DNA from: an uncultured Actinomycetes bacterium | Lineage (GTDB): Bacteria > Actinomycetota > Thermoleophilia > Solirubrobacterales > Solirubrobacteraceae | Length of the DNA stretch: 64,000 bases | Reading direction: 5' to 3' | NCBI GenBank assembly: GCA_963742125.1 | Contig: CAVUKO010000009.1 | Coordinates: 87,328 to 151,327, forward strand | Part shown: positions 25,871-36,319 of the stretch, piece by piece | Layout: every line of letters starts with the position of its first letter | How positions within the stretch are numbered: the first letter of the stretch is position 1 | Notes under the pieces: model-generated | Told to the model about the DNA's origin: nothing | Database searches by the model: none | Seen by the model: the letters and a program-made list of their open reading frames with translations, nothing else | Translations under genes and position numbers: made by a program

Positions 25871-28213
25871 TCAGCTGACGGTGACCTCGGTCAGGTAGCG
25901 CGCGCGCCGGGCGATCGCGGCGGCCTCGCCCGTGAGCTCGACGTCGGCCTGACAGGGCAGCTCGGTCGAGGACGTGCCCACCATCACCCGCACGCGGCCG
26001 GGCTCGAACACGAGCCCGCCGTCGAGGCCGCTGAAGGCGAGCTGCTCGGCGGCCAGGCGGAAGGTCACGCGACGGCGCTCGCCCGGCGCCAGTCGCACGC
26101 GCCGGAAGCCGCGCAGCTCCTTGACCGGGCGGGTGACGCTCGCCTCCTCGTCGCGCACGTAGAGCTGGACGACCTCGTCGCCCTCGCGCTCGCCGACGTT
26201 CTCCACGTCGACGCCGATCGCGACCTCGTCGCCGAGCGCGAGCGTCGTGCGGTCGAGCTCGGGGCCGTGCAGCGCAAAGCGCGTGTAGGAGAGCCCGTGG
26301 CCGAAGGGCCACAGCGGCAGGTGCGATCCGTCGACGTACTCGCCGTGCCAATGCGAGCGCCCGCCCGAGGGCTTGTGCGCGTAGTAGATCGGGATCTGGC
26401 CCACGTGGCGCGGCACCGTGACCGGGAGCTTGCCGCCGGGGTCGGCGTCGCCGAACAGGACCTCGGCGATCGCCGCGGGTCCCTCGTCGCCCGGCACCCA
26501 GGCGTTCAAGACGGCGGCCGAGCGCTCGGCGGCGGCCACCACCGCGAGCGGCCGTCCGGCGACGAGGACCAGGACCACCGGCGTGCCCGTCGCCGCCACC
26601 GCGGCCACCAGCTCCTCCTGGCGCCCGGGGAGCGTGAGCTCCATGCGGTCGCGCATCTCGCCGCAGGTGCACTCCAGCGTCAGCCCCGAGCGCTCCCCGA
26701 CGACGACGATGGCCACGTCCGCGCCGCGGGCCGCGTCGGCCGCCGCCTGGATCTCGGCGTCGCTCGCCTCGAGGATGGCGCCGCCGGCGGCGAAGCGGAC
26801 CTCGACCCCGTCGGCGCAGCGCTCGCGGATGGCGTCGAGGATCGTCGAGCGCCCCTCGAGGGTGTCGGACAGGCTCAGGTCGTCGGGGACCGGGAACCCG
26901 ATCGGGTTGTCGCGCATCTCCAGCAGCGTCTCGATGTGCGCGATGTGCGCGTAGTCGCCGAGGAGGTTGCGCGCGCTGTCGGCGTTGGGCCCGATGACGG
27001 CGATCGACCGCAGGTCGTCGCGCAGCGGCAGGATCCCGTCGTTGGCCAGCAACACGATCGAGGCCCGCGCCGCCTGGCGGGCCAGGGCGCGGTCGTCCTC
27101 GAGGGGCGGATGCGCGGCCTGCGCGTCGACGTAGGGCGCCTCGAACAACCCCAGCTCGAACTTCACGGCCAGCACGCGCGCGACCGAGCGATCGACCAGC
27201 GCCGGGTCGACGCGGCCTTCGGCCAGCGCCTGCGCCAGCGGCGCGCCGTAGGCGGCGGTCGAGGGCAGCTCCACGTCGATGCCCGCCTCGAGCGCGAGGA
27301 CGGCGGCCGATCCGAGGTCGCGGACGACGCCGTGCGAGGTCGAGAGCTCGTCGATCCCCGCGTAGTCGGAGACCACGATCCCGTCGAAGCCCCACTCGTC
27401 ACGCAGCGTGGTGGTGAAGAGCTCGCGCGAGGCGACGCACGGCACCCCGTCGACGTCCTCGTAGGCGTGCATCATCGAGCGCATCCCGGCCTCGCGGACC
27501 GCCGCCTCAAAGGGCCACAGGTACACGTCGCGCAGCTCGCGCGAGCCGATGTGCGCCGGGGCGCGGTTCATGCCGCCCTCGGGCAGGCCGTGGCCGACCA
27601 TGTGCTTGCCGGTCGCGAGCACCGGCGCGTCGGCGCCGTCCTGCAGGCCGCGCACGTAGGCCACGCCGAGCGCTGCGATCAGGTAGGGGTCCTCGCCGTA
27701 GGTCTCCTCGATGCGCCCCCAGCGCGGGTCGCGCGCGACGTCGAAGATCGGCGCCAGCCCCTGGTGGGCGCCCATCGCACGCAGCTGGCGCGCAAAGCTC
27801 GTGGCGAGCGCCTCGACCAGCCCGGGATCCCATGCGGCCGCCAGCCCGATCGACTGCGGGAAGCAGACGGCGTCGCGCGCCACGAGCCCGTGCAGGCACT
27901 CCTCGTGGACGATGGCCGGGATGCCCAGGCGCGTCTCCTCCACGAGGAAGCGCTGGATCTCGTTGGCCAGCGCGGCGACGACCGGCATCTCGAAGCTCGT
28001 GGCGCCGGCCACGCGCGTGATCTGTCCGATGCCCGACCCGAGGCGATCGTGCGCCTTGGCGGGCTCGACGCGGGCTCCGTCGAGGATCTCGAAGACCCAG
28101 ATCGAGCCCAGCTGAGCGAGCTTCTCCTCGAGCGTCATCCGGCTCAGGAGGTCGTCGACGCGATCGGCGACCGCGAGCGCCGGATCGAGGTAGGGCTCGG
28201 CGGCGACGCTCAA
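25871..28213 (-). CDS. glycoside hydrolase family 3 (beta-glucosidase-like)
   Basis: TTG 28213 overlaps the permease stop (TTGA). Motifs are KHMVGHG and GFDGIVVSDY, with a C-terminal fibronectin-like domain. Confidence 0.85.
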   Translation of the reverse strand: MSVAAEPYLDPALAVADRVDDLLSRMTLEEKLAQLGSIWVFEILDGARVEPAKAHDRLGSGIGQITRVAGATSFEMPVVAALANEIQRFLVEETRLGIPAIVHEECLHGLVARDAVCFPQSIGLAAAWDPGLVEALATSFARQLRAMGAHQGLAPIFDVARDPRWGRIEETYGEDPYLIAALGVAYVRGLQDGADAPVLATGKHMVGHGLPEGGMNRAPAHIGSRELRDVYLWPFEAAVREAGMRSMMHAYEDVDGVPCVASRELFTTTLRDEWGFDGIVVSDYAGIDELSTSHGVVRDLGSAAVLALEAGIDVELPSTAAYGAPLAQALAEGRVDPALVDRSVARVLAVKFELGLFEAPYVDAQAAHPPLEDDRALARQAARASIVLLANDGILPLRDDLRSIAVIGPNADSARNLLGDYAHIAHIETLLEMRDNPIGFPVPDDLSLSDTLEGRSTILDAIRERCADGVEVRFAAGGAILEASDAEIQAAADAARGADVAIVVVGERSGLTLECTCGEMRDRMELTLPGRQEELVAAVAATGTPVVLVLVAGRPLAVVAAAERSAAVLNAWVPGDEGPAAIAEVLFGDADPGGKLPVTVPRHVGQIPIYYAHKPSGGRSHWHGEYVDGSHLPLWPFGHGLSYTRFALHGPELDRTTLALGDEVAIGVDVENVGEREGDEVVQLYVRDEEASVTRPVKELRGFRRVRLAPGERRRVTFRLAAEQLAFSGLDGGLVFEPGRVRVMVGTSSTELPCQADVELTGEAAAIARRARYLTEVTVS

Positions 28214-29091
28214 CCCTTGACCGCCCCGCTGGTCAGGCCCCGGATGAGCTGGCGCTCGGCGAACGCGTAGAAGATCAGCGCGGGCACCATCGACAGCGTC
28301 GTGAAGGCCAGGACCTTGGCGGTGTCGGTCGTGTACTGCTGGGAGTAGTTGGTCACGCCGAGGGGCAACGTCCAGCCGCCCGAGTCCGTGAGGACGACCA
28401 GGGGCAGCAGGAAGGCGTTCCAGCTGCCGACGATGGCCAGCACCGAGACCGTGGCCAGCACGGGGCGCGACAGCGGGAGCAGGATCTGCACGAAGAAGCG
28501 CAGGGGCCCGCAGCCGTCGATCGCCGCCGCGTCCTGCAGGTCGGACGGGATGCTGTGGAAGAACGGTCGCAAGATGATGATGGTCAGGGGCAGCCCGAAC
28601 GCGGCCTGCGGCAGCGCGACGCCCAGCGGGTTGTCGAGCAGCCCCAGGTTGCGGACCATGATGAAGATCGGAAGGATCGCGATCGCCACGGGGAAGAGCA
28701 GCCCGAGCGTGAAGATCGTGTACAGGACCTCGCGGCCACGGAACGCAAAGCGGGCGAAGACGAAGGCCGCGGCCGCCGCCACCGGCACGGTCAGCGCGGT
28801 GGACGCGAGCGCGATCAGGGTGCTGTTCCAGACCTGGTGCCAGAACGTCGAGGACTTGAGGATGCCCGTGTAGTTGGAGAACACCCACGGATCCGGCAGC
28901 GCGACGGGATTGGTGGAGAGCTGTCCGGTGTCGCGGAAGCCGCCGAGGATCGCGTAGAGGATCGGCACCAGCGTGGCGATCGCCGCGAACCAGGCGATCA
29001 CGTAGAGCGCCGTGCGCCCGCCGATGCGCCGCAGGCGGCGCCCGCCGGCGCCGGGGCGCCGCCGGGCGACAGTGGTGTCTGCGGTGGCCAT
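28210..29091 (-). CDS. carbohydrate ABC transporter permease
   Basis: Six TM segments and an EAA-type loop (DAAAIDGCGPLRFF). Confidence 0.9.
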   Translation of the reverse strand: MATADTTVARRRPGAGGRRLRRIGGRTALYVIAWFAAIATLVPILYAILGGFRDTGQLSTNPVALPDPWVFSNYTGILKSSTFWHQVWNSTLIALASTALTVPVAAAAAFVFARFAFRGREVLYTIFTLGLLFPVAIAILPIFIMVRNLGLLDNPLGVALPQAAFGLPLTIIILRPFFHSIPSDLQDAAAIDGCGPLRFFVQILLPLSRPVLATVSVLAIVGSWNAFLLPLVVLTDSGGWTLPLGVTNYSQQYTTDTAKVLAFTTLSMVPALIFYAFAERQLIRGLTSGAVKG

Positions 29092-29093
29092 GT

Positions 29094-30137
29094 CTACCGT
29101 CCCATCGTGGTCATGGCGCCCTGCAGGTCGCGCCGGAGCACGAAGCGCTGGTAGGCGATGGCGATCGCGAGCGAGATGACGAGCATGATGACCGCGACGG
29201 CGCTCGCGTAGCCGAACTCAAAGCGCTTGAAGGCGTGGTTGATCATGTAGACCGCCATCGTGTTCGACGCGTCGACCGGCCCGCCGCCCGTCATCACCCA
29301 GACGAGGTCGAAGAGCTGGATCGCCCCGATGATCGACAGGAAGATCGAGATGCGGATCGTCGGCCCGAGCAGCGGGAGGGTGATGTGGCGGAAGATCTGG
29401 CGCGTATTGGCGCCGTCGATCGCGGCGGCCTCCTCGAGCTCCTTGGGGATCTGCTGGAGCCCCGCGAGGTAGAGGACCATGTGGAAGCCGAAGTACTTCC
29501 ACGAGATGACGATGAAGACCGAGTACAGGACGATGCTCGGATCCGCCAGCCAGTCGTGGATGACCGAGTGCAGTCCGACGCCGTCGAGCGTGTGGTCGGC
29601 CAGTCCGCCCGGCGAGAGTATGAGCGACCACACCACGGCGGCGACGACCTCGGAGAGCACGAACGGTGCGAAGAAGAGGACCCGCAGCAGCGCGCGCCCC
29701 TTCAGGCGCTGATTGAGGACCCACGCGATGGCGAGCGCGAACGGGAGCTGCACCGCCAGCGAGAGCACGATGATGATGCCGTTGTGCTTCAACGCGCCGC
29801 GGAAGACGTCGTCGTTGAACGCGCGCTTGAAGTTGTCGAGGCCGACGAAGTCCGTCGGCGAGGACAGGCCGTTCCACTTGTAGCCGCTGTAGTGGAAGGC
29901 CTGGAAGATCGGCGCCACGACCAGCAGGCAGTACAGCGCGAGGGCGGGTGCCAGGAAGAGCGCGATCGTGACCCACTTGCGCGCCACCCGCGCGCGCCGC
30001 GCGCGCCGGCGATCGTGCGGGCCGGGCCCGCCCCTGCCCTTCTTGACCTGGACCGAGACCGGCTCGGCCAGGCGGCTGGGGGGCGCCGCCTGGCCTGCCG
30101 GAACCGATGCCGTCGGCCTAACCGGCCTGAGCGGCAT
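29094..30137 (-). CDS. carbohydrate ABC transporter permease (start uncertain: ATG 30137 or GTG 29987)
   Basis: EAA loop (EAAAIDGANTRQIF). ATG 30137 overlaps the binding-protein gene by 20 nt. GTG 29987 gives MARKWVTIALFL. Confidence 0.8.
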   Translation of the reverse strand: MPLRPVRPTASVPAGQAAPPSRLAEPVSVQVKKGRGGPGPHDRRRARRARVARKWVTIALFLAPALALYCLLVVAPIFQAFHYSGYKWNGLSSPTDFVGLDNFKRAFNDDVFRGALKHNGIIIVLSLAVQLPFALAIAWVLNQRLKGRALLRVLFFAPFVLSEVVAAVVWSLILSPGGLADHTLDGVGLHSVIHDWLADPSIVLYSVFIVISWKYFGFHMVLYLAGLQQIPKELEEAAAIDGANTRQIFRHITLPLLGPTIRISIFLSIIGAIQLFDLVWVMTGGGPVDASNTMAVYMINHAFKRFEFGYASAVAVIMLVISLAIAIAYQRFVLRRDLQGAMTTMGR

Positions 30138-31434
30138 CCGCGATCTTCTTGGAGACCTGCTCAGCCGACGCCTTGCCGGCGAACAGCTGCTGGACCGCGT
30201 CGTTCACCGCCTGCCCGACCGCCGGCGCGTACGCCTGGTCGAGGTAGAGCTGCACGAACGACGCCTTGCCGCGCGCGTCGAGCACCGCCTTCATGTTCGG
30301 ATCGGTGACCGAGCTCTCGGTGCCCTTGGCGACCGGGAGGATGGCGCCGCTGGCGCCGCCCTTGTTGGCGATCGTGGGGCTGACGAGGAACTTCGCGAAG
30401 TCCACCGCCTCGGGCGGGGCATCACGGCCGATGGCGAACCCGTCGCCGCCGCCGAATTGCTCGCTGGCCTGCCCGGCGCCGCCGTCGACGGTCGGGAAGG
30501 GGAACCAGCCGGCGTTCTTGCCCAGGCCCTTCTTGTCCTTCGTGTTGGCCGCGAAGGTCGACGGGGCCCACTGGCCCATCAGGTCCATGGCCGCCCGGCC
30601 GTTGCCCACGGTGGCGGCCTCGCCGCCGGCGCCGTCCCACGGGGAGGCGAGGAAGCCCTGCTGGAAGGGCTTCAGGGCGATGAGCTTCTTGAGCTGATTG
30701 CCGGCCTCGACGAAGCCGGGCTGGGTGAAGGTGCCGCCGTCCGTGGCCGCCTTGGCCATCGCGTCCTTGCCGGCGACGCGCAGCGACAGGTTCGCCCACC
30801 AGAACATGCCGGGCCACTTGTCCTTCTCGCCGACGGCGATCGGCGTGATGCCGGCCGACTTCAGCTTGGAGATGTCACCCAGGAACTCGTTCCAGCTGGT
30901 CGGGGGGCCGTCGATCCCGGCCTTCTTGAAGAGCTTCTTGTTGTACCAGACGCCCACGAGGCCGAGGTTGTACGGGATCCCGTACTGCTTGTCGCCGATC
31001 TTGTAGAGCCCCACGCCGGCGTCGTTGAGGGTCCCGATCCAGGGCTTGGTCGGCGCGGTGATGTCCTTGACCAGCCCGGCGTCGGCCTGCTCCTTCAGCG
31101 TGCCGCCGCCCCAGGACTGGAAGACGTCCGGCGGCTTGCCCGCCTGCATGTTGGTCGTGAGCTTGGCCTTGAACGCCTCGTTCTCGAGGACCGTGATCTT
31201 GATCTTCACGTTCGGATGAGCGGCCATGTACTGGGCCGCCGCGTTCTTCCAGATCGTCTTCAGCGGATCGTTGTTGGCGATGTGCCACCAGTTGATCGTG
31301 ACGGGCTTGTTCGAGCTCGTCTTCGCTGCACCGGAGCTGTTGCTGCTCGTGTCGTCGTCGCTGCCTCCGCACGCGGCGACCACCAACGCTGCTGCCGCGA
31401 GTAGCGCGGCGGCTGCGCGACTGGGCTTACTCAT
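30118..31434 (-). CDS. ABC transporter extracellular sugar-binding lipoprotein
   Basis: ATG 31434 with CAGGAGGAGGG upstream, lipobox VVAACGG, and family-1 solute-binding features. Confidence 0.9.
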   Translation of the reverse strand: MSKPSRAAAALLAAAALVVAACGGSDDDTSSNSSGAAKTSSNKPVTINWWHIANNDPLKTIWKNAAAQYMAAHPNVKIKITVLENEAFKAKLTTNMQAGKPPDVFQSWGGGTLKEQADAGLVKDITAPTKPWIGTLNDAGVGLYKIGDKQYGIPYNLGLVGVWYNKKLFKKAGIDGPPTSWNEFLGDISKLKSAGITPIAVGEKDKWPGMFWWANLSLRVAGKDAMAKAATDGGTFTQPGFVEAGNQLKKLIALKPFQQGFLASPWDGAGGEAATVGNGRAAMDLMGQWAPSTFAANTKDKKGLGKNAGWFPFPTVDGGAGQASEQFGGGDGFAIGRDAPPEAVDFAKFLVSPTIANKGGASGAILPVAKGTESSVTDPNMKAVLDARGKASFVQLYLDQAYAPAVGQAVNDAVQQLFAGKASAEQVSKKIADAAQAG

Positions 31435-31558
31435 CGCGCGACCCTCCTCCTGACTCGAATAGATACCCGTCACGCGCCGGACCCGTCGGCGTCCGTGGCG
31501 GGCTTGTGACTCTGGGGGTGAAAGTTGGGGGCTCGATCCGGCGTCTCCTCCTTCGTGT

Positions 31559-32773
31559 TCAGGCCGTCGCCACGGCGGGACGTGTCCACAGGGACGGGTC
31601 GGCGAGCAGCGGCTCGAAGGCCAGCTCCGCGGCCCCGAGCAACGGGGCGTCCACGCCGAGGGCGGCCGGGATGACGCGCACGCCCTCCCGCGTCTGGCGG
31701 AGGGCCAGCCGATCGAGCTGGGCACCCAGCGTCGTCTCGACGAATGGGTGGATGCGGCCGAACAGCCCTCCGAGAACGACCACCTGCGGGTTGAAGACGT
31801 TGACCAGGCCGGCCAGGCCGAAGCCGAGCCAGCGCCCGACGGCGTCGAGCGCCTCGAGCACGTCCGGCGCGCCCGCGGCGGCCTCGCGCAGAACGGCCTC
31901 GACCTCCTCGCGTCCGGCATCGGGGGGATGGCCCGCGCGGCGCAGCAGGGCGCCCTCGCCGATCTCGGTCTCCCAGCAGCCGACCGATCCGCAACGGCAC
32001 GTGCGGCCTTCGGGGTTGACGGGCATGTGCCCGACCTCGCCGGCGAAGCCGCCGGCACCGGTCAGCTGCTTGCCGTCGACGATCAGGCCGCCGCCGACGC
32101 CGACCTCGCCGGAGATGAAGAGCACGTGTTGGGCGTCGACGGCCGCCCCGCGGCGCAGTTCGGCCAGCGCGCCCAGGTCGGCCTCGTTGGCCACGGCGAT
32201 CGGCAGCGACGTCCCGAGCGCGTCGGCCAGGCGATCGCGGAGCGGGACGTCGCGCCAGCCGAGGTTGGGCGCCATCGTCACGACGCCCGTGTCGCGGCGC
32301 ACGATGCCGACGATCGCCACGCCGATGCCGATCAGTCCCTCGGTGTCGGGCAACCGGCGCTGCACGGCGCGCGCGAGGGCCGCGAGGTCGGCGATCGTCT
32401 CGTCGACCGAGGAGCGGTCGCGGGGGCGGTCCAGGCGCACGACGTCGATGACCTCCCCGCCGATCCCGACCGCGGCGACGGCCAATGAGTCGACGGCGAT
32501 CTCGAGGGCCAGGACGACGGCGCCGCGGGGGCTGGGCCGTACCAGCGGCGACGGCCGGCCCGGAGTGCCCTGCCGGGCGCCGGGCTGCTCGGAGACGAGG
32601 CCCGAGAGGGCGAGCTCGCCGATGAGCCCGCGGATCGCGCTGCGGGTCAGACCTGTCCTCGCCACCAGCTCCGAACGCGAAACGGGGCCGCGATTGTGCA
32701 GCTCTCGCAGGATTGAGCTGAGGTTGGACCGCCTGACGGTCTCACTGCGTTGTCCTGGCAGCTGGTAGGCCAC
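31559..32773 (-). CDS. ROK-family transcriptional regulator
   Basis: N-terminal wHTH (RRSNLSSILRELHNRGPVSRSELV) and the ROK zinc motif GHMPV...CRCGSVGCWE. I prefer GTG 32773 because the sequence upstream is AT-rich. Confidence 0.85.
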   Translation of the reverse strand: MAYQLPGQRSETVRRSNLSSILRELHNRGPVSRSELVARTGLTRSAIRGLIGELALSGLVSEQPGARQGTPGRPSPLVRPSPRGAVVLALEIAVDSLAVAAVGIGGEVIDVVRLDRPRDRSSVDETIADLAALARAVQRRLPDTEGLIGIGVAIVGIVRRDTGVVTMAPNLGWRDVPLRDRLADALGTSLPIAVANEADLGALAELRRGAAVDAQHVLFISGEVGVGGGLIVDGKQLTGAGGFAGEVGHMPVNPEGRTCRCGSVGCWETEIGEGALLRRAGHPPDAGREEVEAVLREAAAGAPDVLEALDAVGRWLGFGLAGLVNVFNPQVVVLGGLFGRIHPFVETTLGAQLDRLALRQTREGVRVIPAALGVDAPLLGAAELAFEPLLADPSLWTRPAVATA

Positions 32774-32880
32774 GGAGAATTTGTGTTTGTTTACTACAAA
32801 ATCGCTCCACAACACTTCCATACCGCCGACATCCTTGTCAAGAGACAGCTTCCGTAAACTCTTTTCGAAACTTTCGAGAA
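32774..32880. promoter_or_regulatory. AT-rich divergent control region (ROK regulator / glmS) with small palindromes
   Basis: GC drops sharply. Palindromes are TTTGT-N11-ACAAA (32780-32800), cttgtcaag (32834-32842) and tttcgaaa (32863-32870) next to ctttcgagaa. Confidence 0.4.
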
Positions 32881-33045
32881 GTGGCAACAGCGGGTCACAT
32901 CTGCCACCGTGGGAAGGAAGGGAGCAGCGACTCGCCGCGGAACCCCGCAGAAGCCGGGCGAGAACCCAGGCGTTGCTACCGTGACCCAGCGTCCGGGGCC
33001 GCACGAAGCGGTCCCGTTGTGTCTCAGAGCGAAAGGGAACTGCCC
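32881..33045 (+). promoter_or_regulatory. structured glmS 5' leader (candidate cis-regulatory RNA, class unknown)
   Basis: Hand-traced helices are 32881-88/32972-79, 32892-98/32981-87 and 32931-62. A terminator-like hairpin at 32994-33016 is followed by ttgtgtct. Confidence 0.4.
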
Positions 33046-34904
<1,859 letters not shown>

Positions 34905-34918
<14 letters not shown>

Positions 34919-35725
34919 CGACCGCCAGCACGTGGGGGCTCGCGCCGAGCAGGCTCGGCTCGGCTTCCACACGCCGGATCGCGCGCAGCAGGACCTCGCG
35001 CTTGGCGGGGTCGTCGAGCCAGGCGTCGAGCGCGTGGGTCTCCGCCGCGGCGCCGACGGCGCCCTCGATCGCCAGCAGCGCGCGGACCTCGAAGCCGGCC
35101 GCGACGACCTCGCGCTCGAGCTCGTCCGGACGGTGGAAGTAGGCAGTGGTGAACCAGCGTGGGTGCGCGCCCGGGTTGCGGTGCTGGCCGTCGGCGAGGT
35201 CGCGCTCGACGATCTCCTCGAAGCCGGCTCCAGCAGGAAGCCCTGCGCGATGCCGTCGAGCGTCGAGGCGAAGCGCGTGATCGCCGCGGCGGCCAGCACC
35301 CCGCCGGGACGCAGCGTGCGCCGCGCCTCGGCCAGGGCGCGGGCGCGGTCGCTCGCCGCGGTCAGGTGGTAGAGCGGCCCGAGCATCAGCACCACATCGG
35401 CGCTGGCGTCGGCGAACGGCAGCTCACGGGCGTCGCCCACCACGGTGGAGGCGAGGGGCGCAGCCCGGGCGGCCGACGCGGCGCGGGCCTGCTCGACGTG
35501 CAGCGCGACCGGGTCGAGCAGGTGCACGTCGTAGCCCTCACCGGCCAGCGGCAGGGCGTAGGCGCCCGCCGCCCCGCCGACGTCGAGGATGGTGGCCGGT
35601 GGCGCCGGCAGGACGCGCGACAGCAGCTCGAGGGTGCGCAGGAACTCGAGGCGACCCCAGTCGCCCAGGCGCCCTTCCTCGGTGCCGCGCTCGTAGTAGG
35701 CGGCGATCTCGCGTTCGTCGGCCAT
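34905..35725 (-). pseudogene. class I SAM-dependent methyltransferase, frameshift at about 35224
   Basis: ILDVGGAAG motif I. After ...GIAQGFLLEP the plausible continuation FEEIVERDLADGQHRNPG...HVLAVATRP is in another frame. The 821-nt length fits a 1-nt deletion. It overlaps the glmS 3' end by 14 nt. Confidence 0.7.
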
Positions 35726-35737
35726 CGTCGGGAGCCT

Positions 35738-35946
35738 AGGTGTTGTGCTCGGCTTCGGCCCGAGCGACGCGCCGGGGCGTCGAACGTCGGTCCTACCCCC
35801 TCCAGAGGGGGGAAGACCGACGTTCGGCCACACCACCGGCCACCCACCAGCGCGCCCCTCGCCCCGGCGCACTCAGTTCCCCTCGGTGATGCTGTTCGGG
35901 CCGTCACGAACGTCGGAGCCCTTCACGACGACACCGAGCAACACCT
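35738..35946. repeat. structured, repeat-containing element filling the methyltransferase/acpS divergent intergenic region
   Basis: Terminal inverted repeats aggtgttg(tg)ctcgg / ccgagcaacacct. Internal 46-nt hairpin at 35781-35826. GAACGTCGG occurs three times. A 17-mer at 35880-35896 is identical to 918-934. Confidence 0.45.
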
Positions 35947-35959
35947 GGGCCCTGGTTGA

Positions 35960-36319
35960 ATGGCGGCGGTGATCGGTCTGGACCTCCTGGAGATCGACCG
36001 GCTCGAGGAAGCGCTCGCGCGCCGGCCGGCGCTGGCCGAGCGGCTCTTCACCGACGGCGAGCGCTCCTATGCGGCCACGCAGGGGCGACCCGCGCGCCAC
36101 CTGGCCGCACGCTTCTGCGCCAAGGAGGCGGTGAGCAAGGCGCTCGAGATGAACGTCCTGCACCCACGCGACATCGAGGTCGTCGGCGGCGGCGACGGGC
36201 CGCCGCGCGTGACCCTGCACGGTGAGGTGGCGGCGCGCGCGGCGGCGCTCGGCGTCGAGGTGCACATCTCGCTGACGCACACGAAATCGACGGCCGCAGC
36301 GGTGGCGGTGCTGCGGTGA
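35960..36319 (+). CDS. acpS: holo-[acyl-carrier-protein] synthase
   Basis: 119 aa with IGLDLLEIDR and FCAKEAVSKA motifs. Confidence 0.85.
   Translation: MAAVIGLDLLEIDRLEEALARRPALAERLFTDGERSYAATQGRPARHLAARFCAKEAVSKALEMNVLHPRDIEVVGGGDGPPRVTLHGEVAARAAALGVEVHISLTHTKSTAAAVAVLR

Noticed and set aside
32881-33045. glmS ribozyme upstream of glmS
   Set aside because: I looked for the conserved core blocks as I remember them (AGCGCC cleavage-site helix, GACGAGG, AUCGAA, CGGCGGAUGCC) and found none. The region is kept as an unknown structured leader instead. A cmsearch with RF00234 should confirm this.
35738-35946. Insertion sequence or autonomous mobile element
   Set aside because: Inverted terminal repeats are present, but there is no transposase or integrase ORF and no clear target-site duplication. 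At most it is a non-autonomous MITE-like element, and it is reported as such with low confidence.
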